The notes under the pieces are model-generated. The model did not search any database, was not told the DNA's origin, and saw nothing but the letters and a program-made list of their open reading frames with translations. The translations under genes and the position numbers were made by a program. Shown here piece after piece: positions 47,580 to 57,583 of a DNA stretch of 64,000 bases; positions within the stretch are counted from its first letter, which is position 1; each line of letters begins with the position of its first letter. The stretch is from Nitrospirota bacterium (GTDB taxonomy: Bacteria; Nitrospirota; UBA9217), in assembly GCA_963840455.1 (NCBI GenBank), contig CAWIYV010000007.1:448001-512000 (forward strand). The letters are read 5' to 3'.

Positions 47580-48596
47580 TCATGCAGCATGCTGATCATT
47601 CTTCCTCATAAGCATGTCTCTTGCCATTTTTGCGGCATTAACCAAGACCTTCATGAAACCGCTCGGAAGCGCCAGCAACATTTTGGTAAAAGAGAGATAT
47701 GCAAAACTGAAGATGCGGGGAAGCCTCTCAAGTAATTTCTCGTTTAAACTCAGGCGTTCCAACCTGATTTTAACTATCAGTGATACAATATTTTTCCAGC
47801 AAAATTGAAAATGTTCTTTATAGATAGCGTCCGTAATCATATCCGGATTGAGGCGATGATAATAGGTAATTACTTCAAGATAGCCGGTAAAAATATCAAG
47901 CACCTTCAGATAGCTTCTCTGCCAACCATTATCGGGGATTCTCCCTTTTACATAGGGATGGGCAACAATATAGGTTTTGATATCCGGTAATAGGGCCAGT
48001 AAAACTCCCACTTGAATGTACTGCGTCCCGTAAAAGCGTTTTTTATCGATTCGATCCCATAACGATTTCCGTAAAATATATGCAGGAAGGAAAGTCGGCA
48101 AATTCATGCCGACCTTTGAAAGAAAATCCTTAGCGTCCGCGCAAGCCGTGTCGTTGTCCAGGAACAACACGCGATCGGCAATAACATTTTTCATGGTATG
48201 GTCATATTGTCCGTAATTCGCATAGATAAAATCGATAGCAGAGTCGCCTTGCAGGACGGATAGCACTTTTTCGATCGCTCCCTGTCCGATGATATCGTCC
48301 TGCCCGCAAAACCAGACGTATTTTCCGGTCGCATGAGCCGCAACTTGTTCAAAATTACGGTCCATGCCCAAGTTTTCACGGTTCTCAAAGAGCTTGACGT
48401 TGTCATAGTCATCGCGGAATTTCCCTGCGATTTGGCGCGTCGCATCGGTAGATCGGTCATCGCACAATACAACTTCGACCTTGTCACTGAGCGGTTGCGA
48501 CAGAATGCTGTGCAGGGTTTCTGTTAAGAACTCTGATCCGTTGTAAGTTGGTATTGCTATTGATATGATTTTCTGATCTGTGTCGTCGTTCTGCAT
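47580..48596 (-). CDS. Glycosyltransferase family 2
   Basis: SIAIPTYN, DDRSTD, NLGMDRNF, YVWFCGQDD. Confidence 0.88.
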   Translation of the reverse strand: MQNDDTDQKIISIAIPTYNGSEFLTETLHSILSQPLSDKVEVVLCDDRSTDATRQIAGKFRDDYDNVKLFENRENLGMDRNFEQVAAHATGKYVWFCGQDDIIGQGAIEKVLSVLQGDSAIDFIYANYGQYDHTMKNVIADRVLFLDNDTACADAKDFLSKVGMNLPTFLPAYILRKSLWDRIDKKRFYGTQYIQVGVLLALLPDIKTYIVAHPYVKGRIPDNGWQRSYLKVLDIFTGYLEVITYYHRLNPDMITDAIYKEHFQFCWKNIVSLIVKIRLERLSLNEKLLERLPRIFSFAYLSFTKMLLALPSGFMKVLVNAAKMARDMLMRKNDQHAA

Positions 48597-48653
48597 ATTG
48601 GTTTATCGCCGGCATCCTTCCCGTTTGGATCGGTTCAATGATATTTCGAAGGA

Positions 48654-49508
48654 TCAGGGACGGAAAGCAAAGATATCGAGTTGAGAATCCATACCTGGCA
48701 GCGATTTTTCAATGTACGGGGTCTTCCTGACGGCGGCCTCTTTTATGTGATATCTGAAGCCTGCATCTTGCAGGATGGTTAGAATCTCCTGCAGCGATTG
48801 TTTTTCCTTGCTGTAGGAATGGTACTCAAGGAAGAGGTTTGCGACCGATTTCAGTTCGCCAGCGCAGTCCCTCAGTATCTCGGTCTCGGCACCCTCTACG
48901 TCTATTTTTAAAAAGTCCACATTTTGCTTAAGATAGTCCTTCAGCCTGATTGTTTTTACAGTGACCATATTTCCGCCATCACCGGGCTTCGGGATCCTGC
49001 CGCCCCAGCTGCCTTCAGCAAGAAACTGCAGCTCTGTTTCGGAGCTCCAAACCGCCTTATTATGCAGCTCGACATTCTGAAGTCCGAACGATTCAATGTT
49101 GCTTTGGAGAGCTTTGAAGACGCCCCTATCAGGTTCGAAGGCAATGATTTTGCAGTCGGGATAGAGTTTTTTGAAGAAAAGGATGCTCATCCCGATGTTG
49201 GCTCCGCAATCAATGATCAAGGGATTTTTACGGCTCGACTCAAACTCGTAGTTATTTCGAACGAAGATCTCGTCGCACATCGAAAGAAATGAATCAGCGT
49301 CAACTATCTCCAATCTTTTGCCTATGAACTGAGCTGATGTTTTGGTATAGCGAGGCAGTTTTTTGAGCCGATTAATCTCCTCCAGTTCTAATACGGTGCC
49401 AATATTGAGATTCAACGGTCGTCGCGCATAAAAGAAGCCCGGGAACAGCCGTTCTGCAACTGTTTTCGGGGATGCATTCCATAATTTAGTGAAGAGAGAG
49501 CGGCCCAT
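48654..49508 (-). CDS. FkbM-family methyltransferase
   Basis: IIDCGANIG, AFEPD, LKIDVEGAE, EYHS; start placed at ATG 49508. Confidence 0.9.
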   Translation of the reverse strand: MGRSLFTKLWNASPKTVAERLFPGFFYARRPLNLNIGTVLELEEINRLKKLPRYTKTSAQFIGKRLEIVDADSFLSMCDEIFVRNNYEFESSRKNPLIIDCGANIGMSILFFKKLYPDCKIIAFEPDRGVFKALQSNIESFGLQNVELHNKAVWSSETELQFLAEGSWGGRIPKPGDGGNMVTVKTIRLKDYLKQNVDFLKIDVEGAETEILRDCAGELKSVANLFLEYHSYSKEKQSLQEILTILQDAGFRYHIKEAAVRKTPYIEKSLPGMDSQLDIFAFRP

Positions 49509-49546
49509 GTAATTACTCCGTGATATAGTGCTGAATAAAGGGCCTT

Positions 49547-50521
49547 TCATGAAAGTAGCAGCTGGAGTTTTCTTCTTATTCCGTCTGAAATGTATTTCAA
49601 ACCAGCAGTGGAAGTCATCCATTTGAAAAATGATACGTACAGAACGTATGACATCTTGATACGACTGATGCCGTCTCTCAACCCTAGATCAATTTCTATT
49701 AAATCCCGCTGCTCCGGCGTAATCTTGGTATGTAATCCGTTGAACAAATCGTATAACGTTCTGTATGAAGGAGATTCTTTGTACGGATCATATTCACCGA
49801 TCGTGACGTTCGGATCGCCTGCATTGATAAAAACCTGTTTATTTCCAAACGTAAAAAAAGGGATCCCCATTTCAACGGCATAATAAGCATAGGATCCAAT
49901 CATGTTAGATGTGGCAAAAGAAAATTTTTTTAAAATATCGTAAAATCGTTCGACGAACCTATCATCTAACGTATTCCCAGCTGTATAAATAGGAATATTA
50001 TATTTTAAAAACAATTTGTGTCGGTCTTTCTTTATATCATGCATATGCAAGCATACGCTGACCGGCTGAAATTCCGAAGGCAAATCCAAGAGCTGTTTAA
50101 TGTATAACTCAACATCAGAGATATCGTCAATTGACGGTGTCGAATGCGCAGGGAATGCAAGCGTTCCTGATGCGTTCGCACTTTTGTTGATATAATTATT
50201 TCTTCTATAATAAACAAACGGTGAATACAAAACAAAACAAGGTTTTGACGATACCTTTTTCCACTCCTTGACCGATTTCGGAGAGTGGTAAAATTGGCAA
50301 GGTGCATCCGAGTTTAACTCATGCTCATATGGATAGTCTTGACTGCTTGGCCCATGATCGGTATAAACACAGAGCGGTAAGAACTTGGGAAAATATCCGT
50401 ACGCTCTGATATATTTACCGAAGCCATAAATATCAGCAGTCCAATAGGGTATTATCCTGGAGCGTTGTACGTTCTTATCACTGCATAAACGTAACAGTTC
50501 AGATTCACTCATACCTTGCAT
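49547..50521 (-). CDS. Hypothetical protein, candidate atypical glycosyltransferase
   Basis: AT-rich ORF in the cluster with DHG, FPAHS, CLHMHD and SNMIGS…YA motifs; no classical GT signature. Confidence 0.6.
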   Translation of the reverse strand: MQGMSESELLRLCSDKNVQRSRIIPYWTADIYGFGKYIRAYGYFPKFLPLCVYTDHGPSSQDYPYEHELNSDAPCQFYHSPKSVKEWKKVSSKPCFVLYSPFVYYRRNNYINKSANASGTLAFPAHSTPSIDDISDVELYIKQLLDLPSEFQPVSVCLHMHDIKKDRHKLFLKYNIPIYTAGNTLDDRFVERFYDILKKFSFATSNMIGSYAYYAVEMGIPFFTFGNKQVFINAGDPNVTIGEYDPYKESPSYRTLYDLFNGLHTKITPEQRDLIEIDLGLRDGISRIKMSYVLYVSFFKWMTSTAGLKYISDGIRRKLQLLLS

Positions 50522-50568
50522 ATTGAACTCTCGAAAAGGAACGACTGTCGTCGTCAATGCCGGCGATG

Positions 50569-51600
50569 CTAACGGTCTCTCCTGGCGATAATCCACATAT
50601 TTGACGACAAGCCCTGCTGTGCGAGGAATTCCTGAAAAGCAGTGCCAGACCGTTCCCATTCGTCAATAAGCACGCGTTGCAGGAAGGGCTGTTGTGAGAT
50701 ATCGAACCTGTTATCAAGGACTTTATTCCGGACCAGCTCTGCATCAAGCTTGCCCGGCGTAAAGGTCTCCAGCACCGTGTATCCGCATGATTCAAGCAAC
50801 AAAGACAGTGATCGCGGGTTAAAATAGTTTAAATGTTCATGATCGATCGTGTCGCTTATGCTCCCCAATGTTTGAACATCAAATCCCTTTCCATTCGGGC
50901 ACGATAGAACCAGTATTCCGCATGGTTGCAGAACTCGATAGATCTGTTTAACGAAATCTCGTGGGGAGAATAAATGCTCGACAACTTCAAAGTTTACGAC
51001 GACATTGAACAATTCAGTCTGTTGAAAGGAAATTTTCTCGATTGGGAGTTCGATGGTTTCCAACCCCTTCTTGCGACATGTGTTTGCCAGGTCCGGTGTC
51101 GGTTCAACAGCGACGACTCGTTTAAAGATCTTGCGAGACTGCAGCTCAACACAAAATGTACCAAATCCCGCCCCTACTTCCAGTAAAGAGTTCGTTTCTA
51201 TACCGTATTTTTTGCAGATAGATAAAAGCTCGTTCACTCTCGGCAGCATGATCCGTTCGCGGCGGGCTTTTTCGGATGCGGGGAAAATGACATTGTTCCA
51301 ATACGCATAATTTTCCGATCCACGGTAGAACCACTGCAATACCTCCGGGCCCGGACGCGGGTTCATGTACATGGTTTCGCACTGTGTGCATTCAACATAA
51401 TCCAGGCCGCGTTTTTCAAATTTGTGAACGTATTGTCTTGCATCACATGCAGGGCACGGTACTGAGATAAACTCTTTCCGCCTTGATAGCAGTCTGCCGA
51501 CGTCCGTGAGCATGGCTACCTGTTGGTCCTGCATCAGCTCTTTTGGCCTGATGTCCTGCTCACTTAGTTGCCCCGGCGTATCGTTAAGATCTCTGTTCAT
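50569..51600 (-). CDS. Class I SAM methyltransferase with N-terminal Cys4 motif
   Basis: CPAC…CTQC, LLEVGAGFG, FEVVEH, EHLNYF. Confidence 0.88.
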   Translation of the reverse strand: MNRDLNDTPGQLSEQDIRPKELMQDQQVAMLTDVGRLLSRRKEFISVPCPACDARQYVHKFEKRGLDYVECTQCETMYMNPRPGPEVLQWFYRGSENYAYWNNVIFPASEKARRERIMLPRVNELLSICKKYGIETNSLLEVGAGFGTFCVELQSRKIFKRVVAVEPTPDLANTCRKKGLETIELPIEKISFQQTELFNVVVNFEVVEHLFSPRDFVKQIYRVLQPCGILVLSCPNGKGFDVQTLGSISDTIDHEHLNYFNPRSLSLLLESCGYTVLETFTPGKLDAELVRNKVLDNRFDISQQPFLQRVLIDEWERSGTAFQEFLAQQGLSSNMWIIARRDR

Positions 51601-51625
51601 GTGTTTTATCCCTTACTGATGTTGC

Positions 51626-52831
51626 TTATCTGCTCACCATATATTTCTGCTGAAGTTCCGAAGACAGGTGGACCGGGCCATAGGCAGATGGTTCACCCCA
51701 TAGGTTGTTTTTCCACCATTGGCCATCCTGTATCCACCACACGCGCGGATCGCGGAAGGTGTCTGCAACTCTGTCGAATTCTTCTTCGGACCACCCCACG
51801 TACTCAAGCCATCGGCGCAGGTCCCTTGATTTGACATGGTCCATTGCTTGTACTATCTTTATCCCCTCTTCTCTGGTCATGAGTCTTGACCGTATATCCT
51901 TGCACACATGATCGGTCGCTCTTCCATACCCGAATTTGACGAATTTCATGTAATCGTGGATGCCGTTCTCGTGCATATCATCCAGATTAGACATTTTGCG
52001 GTAGGTCCTCTCGAACGGCTCCTCGGATTCTTTAAAGCCGAATTTCTCGATCACCATCGGTCCGTGCACATTGGCATCCCACTTGAAATAGTTGGAGATG
52101 AATATTCCCCTGACACCAACGCGTTCAATTTCTTCGTCTGAAGGATATACCCAGGAAATCAATTCCTGCGTCGTCAGGGTTTCGTTGAACCGGGGGGCCT
52201 GTTCGAGAAAATCATGCCATTCATATCCTCGCAGCGAATGTTCATGCCGATACCGGTAGGTAAATTCCACAAAATCATTGTAGGAATGCATCCCGCCCAG
52301 GTCCATAAACCCATGTTCGCCCCATACCATGAGGGGTACATTCTGTTGAACAGCCGTCCGGATGGGATAGGTGAATATGCCCGCGTGAGCGTGCCAGTTC
52401 ATGTCGCCCATCATTCTCATACCGAGTCTGTTCATTTTCTTTAACACCTCGATGCTGGGAGTAAAGAAAATATGATCGACTCCAAAGACCTCGCGCATGT
52501 TGATAAGATTCTTCATGCCTGTGGGCGTATAATTATTGCCGTGATAGGTCACCAGCAGGGGGTTGAGACCGTATACGGTCTTTATGATATAGGTTTGGAA
52601 ATAGCTGTCCTTCCCGCCGCTAACCGGGATGATACAATCATAGTTATCGCCGTCAACTCTCCGATACTGCTCGATGAGCCGTTCAAAGCGCTTTTTCCGG
52701 TTCTCCCAGTCTATCTCCACTTTTTGACCGGCCGTCCGGCATCCGGAGCAGATACCATTCTCATCGAAAGCCAGCGGGACTGCGGAACTTGCCGGATAAA
52801 CACAGTTCTTACAATAGCTCATTTTCAACAT
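51626..52831 (-). CDS. N-acetyl sugar amidotransferase (WbuX/PseA/WbpG family)
   Basis: CKNC…CSGC, YDCIIPVSGGKDS PP-loop, WGE, KFGYGRA. Confidence 0.92.
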   Translation of the reverse strand: MLKMSYCKNCVYPASSAVPLAFDENGICSGCRTAGQKVEIDWENRKKRFERLIEQYRRVDGDNYDCIIPVSGGKDSYFQTYIIKTVYGLNPLLVTYHGNNYTPTGMKNLINMREVFGVDHIFFTPSIEVLKKMNRLGMRMMGDMNWHAHAGIFTYPIRTAVQQNVPLMVWGEHGFMDLGGMHSYNDFVEFTYRYRHEHSLRGYEWHDFLEQAPRFNETLTTQELISWVYPSDEEIERVGVRGIFISNYFKWDANVHGPMVIEKFGFKESEEPFERTYRKMSNLDDMHENGIHDYMKFVKFGYGRATDHVCKDIRSRLMTREEGIKIVQAMDHVKSRDLRRWLEYVGWSEEEFDRVADTFRDPRVWWIQDGQWWKNNLWGEPSAYGPVHLSSELQQKYMVSR

Positions 52832-52846
52832 GATCGTCCTTTATTA

Positions 52847-53632
52847 CTACCGAACAGTAATGCCTTCTTCTTTTAGAAGCTGTTTTGCCCGGGGGTAGCT
52901 CCGCTCGGTAAAATGGAAAATGTTCCCGGCTGCTATTGCAGCTACTCGTGTAGCTTTTGCCAGATCAACAAAATCGCATGCCTCTCCAGCCCCTCCGCAG
53001 GCAATGACCGGTAGACGCGTGCATTCCACTACAGCCCCGATTGTTTCGATATCGAACCCGGTCGCTTTGCCGTCTCGTTCGATCGAATTGAGGAATATTT
53101 CGCCGGCCCCCAGCGTCTCGCACTCCTTTATCCAGTCATGTACGATGGTCCCGGTGTTGCGTTGCCCGAAATCCGTATACACCACCGGCTTGCCGTCAAC
53201 AATCCGGTAATCAACAGAAACGACGATGCATTGGGCTCCATACTTGTGGGAGATTTCCTTGATCAGTTCGGGCCGCTCAAAAGCCCCTGTATTCACTGTC
53301 ACCTTGTCTGCACCGTATTGGATCCTGGCATCGACATCCTCCATTCGGCGGATGCCTCCGCCGAATGTCAAGGGCATGAAGCACACCTTTGCAATCTGCC
53401 TGATAATCTGGTCCATCGAATCGTACGACTTAATCTTATGATCGTCGCGGCGCAGGTCATAGTGCTTTTCCCGGCTGATATCGATATAGATCAGCTCATC
53501 TACGTCCCACGCATTATAGCGGTTTGCCTCGTTGATGATGTTCCCGATATTCTGGTGGTACGAGAAATCTTCGCTTCTGACGATAAGGCCGTTCTTGATA
53601 TAGAGAACAGGTATTAATCGACGTTTCAGCAT
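52847..53632 (-). CDS. HisF-like cyclase paralog (WbuZ-type)
   Basis: RLIPVL, VDELIYIDI, FMPLTFGGGI, GEIFLNSIERDG, IACGGAG; located next to WbuX. Confidence 0.88.
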   Translation of the reverse strand: MLKRRLIPVLYIKNGLIVRSEDFSYHQNIGNIINEANRYNAWDVDELIYIDISREKHYDLRRDDHKIKSYDSMDQIIRQIAKVCFMPLTFGGGIRRMEDVDARIQYGADKVTVNTGAFERPELIKEISHKYGAQCIVVSVDYRIVDGKPVVYTDFGQRNTGTIVHDWIKECETLGAGEIFLNSIERDGKATGFDIETIGAVVECTRLPVIACGGAGEACDFVDLAKATRVAAIAAGNIFHFTERSYPRAKQLLKEEGITVR

Positions 53633-54243
53633 CAGAACGTTCCAAATTTCCTTAATAACGACAGGCCGCTTTTCTGGCTTTTCTCAGGATGAAACTGAAC
53701 GCCGAATATGTTTCCGGCCTCGAAGACCGCGTCGAACTCGATCCCATATGACGTCCTTCCTGTTACGAACGGCCTTTCCGTCAGACGACAGTAATAACTA
53801 TGAACAAAATAGAAGCTGGCCTCGGTGCTCAGTTCGCTCAGGAGCAATGAGGACGTGCCGATGGTAACCGTGTTCCAGCCGACGTGCGGGATCGGCAGCT
53901 CCTTTATGCTGTCGTGAAGGCTTTCCACGGTTCCTCGCACCAGCGCAAGTCCCTCATGGTTTCCATGCTCGGTGCTGGAATCAAGGAGCAGCTGCATTCC
54001 AAGGCATATTCCGAGAAGCGGTCTTTTGCGAACGAGGGCGTGCTCATGAAGCTCTTCAAAGAATCCCGAATGCCTGATCCTCTGAATCGCAACTCCGAAA
54101 GCGCCTACTCCCGGGAGAATGATACTGCCGCACTTCCGTACTTCAGATGGTTGATCGATTATCCTGCTCGGTATGTTGAGATAATCAAGGGCGTTCTGAA
54201 CCGAAGCCAGATTACCCATACCGTAATTAATGATGCCAAGCAT
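53632..54243 (-). CDS. HisH-like glutamine amidotransferase (WbuY-type)
   Basis: YGMGNLASV, LPGVGAF, GICLGMQ, PHVGWN, QFHPEKS. Confidence 0.92.
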   Translation of the reverse strand: MLGIINYGMGNLASVQNALDYLNIPSRIIDQPSEVRKCGSIILPGVGAFGVAIQRIRHSGFFEELHEHALVRKRPLLGICLGMQLLLDSSTEHGNHEGLALVRGTVESLHDSIKELPIPHVGWNTVTIGTSSLLLSELSTEASFYFVHSYYCRLTERPFVTGRTSYGIEFDAVFEAGNIFGVQFHPEKSQKSGLSLLRKFGTF

Positions 54244-54280
54244 ACTGATGGAGCCCCCTCCTGTCACACCGGCCAACCTG

Positions 54281-55333
54281 TCAGCCGATCATCTCCCAGC
54301 GGACCGGAGTTCCTCGCTTTACATGCTGGTTTATTTTTTTCCCGAGGACGATTTCCAGATATTTGGGGCTTAAGCCGAGTCCCGGTCTTATTGTCCGGAT
54401 ATTTTGCACAGTAAAGACATCTCCTGGCTGCATATCCTGCACCACGTACAAGGACCGACGAAAGCGTAAAGAAGCCTTTTCTGCCTCTGACGGTCCATAG
54501 GTGATATGTCCGAGAGCCTGCCATGCACGTTCCGTCTCGATAACCAGTTGCCTCAATTCCTCAGGCTCCATCGAAAACGTGCTGTCCACGCCCCCATCCG
54601 ATCGTCGCAGCGTAAAGTGCTTTTCAATGACGGTGGTGCCAAGAGCCGCACTCGCCACGGCTACGCCGATTCCAGCGGTATGGTCAGACAAACCCACCTG
54701 AACATCGAAGAGGTCACGCATGTGCGGAATGGTCAGGATGTTCGTATTCATCGCTGACGCCGGGTAGGAACTGGTGCATTTCAGGAGAACGATATCCACA
54801 CACCCTGCCTGCCTCGCGGTTTGGACCGTTTCTCCGAGTTCTGCAACCGTTGCCATTCCAGTAGAAATCAAAAGGGGTTTCCCGGTTGCTGCAACGGAGC
54901 GGATAAGCGGGATGTCCGTATTCTCAAAGGAAGCGATCTTGTAGCAGGGAGGATCGAATGATTCAAGAAAAGCCAGCGACGATTTGTCAAAAGGAGTACT
55001 GAAACAGATCAGTCCAAGCTCCTTGCAGCGCTCGAATATCGGTTTGTGCCACTCCCAGGGAGTGTATGCCTTCTGGTACAGGCGATAGAGCGAGTCGCCC
55101 TTCCAGATGCTCACGGCATCTTCTATGAAAAACTCCTTCTCTGAAAGGTCAAGAGTCATCGTCTCTGCGGTGTAGGTTTGCAGCTTGAGAGCATCGGCTC
55201 CGGCTTCTGCAGCCGCCTTGACAATCTCCAGCGCCCGCTCAAGTGACTGGTTGTGATTGCCCGACATTTCGGCCACAATGAAAGGCTTGTGGCCCGGACC
55301 TATCATACGGTTCTGGATCTTGATATCTTTCAT
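54281..55333 (-). CDS. pseI: Pseudaminic acid synthase
   Basis: AEMSGNHNQSL, KLQTYTA, YKIASFE, GLSDHT, IEKHFTL, C-terminal SAF domain; ATG 55333. Confidence 0.94.
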   Translation of the reverse strand: MKDIKIQNRMIGPGHKPFIVAEMSGNHNQSLERALEIVKAAAEAGADALKLQTYTAETMTLDLSEKEFFIEDAVSIWKGDSLYRLYQKAYTPWEWHKPIFERCKELGLICFSTPFDKSSLAFLESFDPPCYKIASFENTDIPLIRSVAATGKPLLISTGMATVAELGETVQTARQAGCVDIVLLKCTSSYPASAMNTNILTIPHMRDLFDVQVGLSDHTAGIGVAVASAALGTTVIEKHFTLRRSDGGVDSTFSMEPEELRQLVIETERAWQALGHITYGPSEAEKASLRFRRSLYVVQDMQPGDVFTVQNIRTIRPGLGLSPKYLEIVLGKKINQHVKRGTPVRWEMIG

Positions 55334-55875
55334 TTCTCTTCCCGACCAAGGTATTTGAGGCGTATTGCTTCCCTGACATGTATCCAGTCCTTTTTGAAAA
55401 GTCCGAATGCTATCACATCCTGGTATCGGCCGTTCTTCCACGCATGCCGAAGAAATCTCCCCTCCTGCCGGAAGTTCAGCTTTTGATGATACAGAACGCT
55501 CGCCCGGTTGAAAGCAAAAGCAGTGCTGCAGAGTTTTCGGATCCGGAGCTGTTCAAAGATGAACTGAAGGGCCATATATCCCATGATCGTACCGCTTCCG
55601 CGGGGAACAGTTCTCTCCCCGAGATAAAAACCCCATTCACATCGTTGGTTCTTCTTATCGATATCGTATATATTTATGACACCGGCAGGTTTGCCTTTAA
55701 TCTCAAAAATAAGGCAGTGCCTGTTCGGATCCTTTACAAGACCTGCAAACCATGCTCGGTGTTCCTTCAGCGAAATGACATGGTCATTGTACATGTATCT
55801 TCGAATGGATTTCGAATTCCTCCATTGAAGGACGATATCCAGATCAGTCTTGGCCAGAGGCCGGATTTTATGCAT
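55330..55875 (-). CDS. pseH: GNAT N-acetyltransferase of the Pse pathway
   Basis: WRNS…MY…IS..EH..WF, WGFY, FN..S…HQK; located between pseG and pseI. Confidence 0.88.
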   Translation of the reverse strand: MHKIRPLAKTDLDIVLQWRNSKSIRRYMYNDHVISLKEHRAWFAGLVKDPNRHCLIFEIKGKPAGVINIYDIDKKNQRCEWGFYLGERTVPRGSGTIMGYMALQFIFEQLRIRKLCSTAFAFNRASVLYHQKLNFRQEGRFLRHAWKNGRYQDVIAFGLFKKDWIHVREAIRLKYLGREEK

Positions 55876-56944
55876 AGTATTTTCCATCAAGCACTGAAAA
55901 GAGAAGTGCAGGTATATTCTTCCTGTCAGTAGGATTGCCCATCACCTGCAGCGCCTTTTTTGACAGGGAAACAAGTGTTCCTCTGTTATTCATCAACGAT
56001 CTGATCGCACTCGCCAGATCAGGCGCCCCAACGTGACCGCTCCAGCCGAGATTTACGGTTGCACCTGCCGATGCCACTGCCTCCGTCAGTTCTTGCTGGT
56101 TCTGGGCAAGTATCAGTGTGATGGACGGTAAACCGAGATAGCAACGTTCCCAGGTGGTCGACCCTCCCGCTCCGATGAACAGATCAGCTTCTGCCATCAA
56201 TTGTGCCATGGTATCGATCTGACAATAGTATTTCGTGTTCGGCAGGGAATTACAGAGCGCCTCTATATTCCTCCTGTGCGGATTTGATGATCCGACCACC
56301 ACATCAACAGCCATTGCAGATTGATCCAGCCGTTGTATCGCCCCGAGAGCCTTCGCGGTCTCATTGGAGGGATCGCTTCCGCCGAACGAGATCATGATGC
56401 GCCTGACAGATCCGTCCCGCTCCCTGAGATGACGTCTCGCCTCTATGAAATCTTCTCTCAGTAATGCAAATTGAGGTCCGAGCAGCTTCATGCAATGCGC
56501 GGAAACGAGTTTGTCATACCGCTCTTGCATATTCTGCTTGAGATTCTGGTCCAGCAAGACATCACACTCATGGCGTCTGTCGGCCAGATCGTCTATGACC
56601 ATGATCTTGCGGCACCAGGGTCTGATCACTGATTCCCATCGGGCATCAAGGGAATAATGATCGACAATGACATAATCAGGAGCATCGTTCCTGATCAGTA
56701 ACGCCGTATTCCTTGCGTCCCCCTCCCAGTCAAAGGATGGTGATCGGGAAGCCGGCAGATAGTCTACTGCATAGCCCTTGCCCGACAGGAAAGACCTGAG
56801 GTTACCAGGGAGTTCAGTCGTTATAAAACGAACACTTGCGTTCATCCGTGCCAGCTGACCTGCAAGCGTCAGGCAGCGCATCAGATGGCCAGTCCCGATT
56901 TCCACAGAAGCATCAACTCTGATCGCGGCCTTGATGTTCATCAC
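55868..56944 (-). CDS. pseG: UDP-2,4-diacetamido-2,4,6-trideoxy-L-altrose hydrolase
   Basis: RVDAS..IGTGHLMRCLTLA, VDHY, IDDLADR, FGGSD, GAGGSTTWER. Confidence 0.93.
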   Translation of the reverse strand: MMNIKAAIRVDASVEIGTGHLMRCLTLAGQLARMNASVRFITTELPGNLRSFLSGKGYAVDYLPASRSPSFDWEGDARNTALLIRNDAPDYVIVDHYSLDARWESVIRPWCRKIMVIDDLADRRHECDVLLDQNLKQNMQERYDKLVSAHCMKLLGPQFALLREDFIEARRHLRERDGSVRRIMISFGGSDPSNETAKALGAIQRLDQSAMAVDVVVGSSNPHRRNIEALCNSLPNTKYYCQIDTMAQLMAEADLFIGAGGSTTWERCYLGLPSITLILAQNQQELTEAVASAGATVNLGWSGHVGAPDLASAIRSLMNNRGTLVSLSKKALQVMGNPTDRKNIPALLFSVLDGKYYA

Positions 56945-57564
56945 CTGAGTTTTTCTAGCAGAAACCAGGTAATATCATCCTGGGGAAACTGTGGGTCACG
57001 ATGATACACAAAACCATACTTGAGAAGCCGTACCGATCCGAATCTCTCCATGAATTCGCCTGCAAAATCGCGCTTGAACAACTTACCGGCGTGCCCGCGG
57101 TACGGGATTTCGATCGGCGAAGGATTGTAATATTCTGCGATGCAGACATATCGCTTGCTCGTCTCATACAGGAGATCGTAGACCTGCGGAAGGCGCTCAG
57201 GGTTCATATGGATCAGAACACCCTTTATCAGTACGAAATCGCGTTGATAATCCGGATGAAACTCCAAAAGAGACGAGTGGTAAACCTTCAGATCCTGTAT
57301 CTGGCGCAACTTTTCGACCGCGTTCTGATTGATCTCCACAGCAGAAAGCTCAACATCAGGTAGCAGCCGCCTGAGTGCCAGCAGATTAAGCCCGATATTG
57401 GCTCCGAATTCGATGATACTTTGAACGGGCGTTCCGTTTTCAAGGATCTTCGAAAACAGGGCGGTATTGCTGGCTACCCATGCGCCCCCTTGATTCCGTG
57501 CAACGTATTCATCTCCAAATTGTCCGGCCCAAAAGCTTTCCTGTTCTGTTCTAAATGTCTCCAT
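56941..57564 (-). CDS. Pseudaminic acid biosynthesis-associated methyltransferase
   Basis: TEQESFWAGQFGDEY..RN, EFGANIGLNL, GVLIH, YRGH..KLFKRDFAGE. Confidence 0.88.
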   Translation of the reverse strand: METFRTEQESFWAGQFGDEYVARNQGGAWVASNTALFSKILENGTPVQSIIEFGANIGLNLLALRRLLPDVELSAVEINQNAVEKLRQIQDLKVYHSSLLEFHPDYQRDFVLIKGVLIHMNPERLPQVYDLLYETSKRYVCIAEYYNPSPIEIPYRGHAGKLFKRDFAGEFMERFGSVRLLKYGFVYHRDPQFPQDDITWFLLEKLR

Positions 57565-57583
57565 GCCTGTTCCCGTTTCAGAA

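Noticed and set aside
52847-54243. Histidine biosynthesis hisF/hisH
   Set aside because: Adjacent to a WbuX-type amidotransferase inside a glycan cluster with no other his genes; these are sugar-modifying paralogues.
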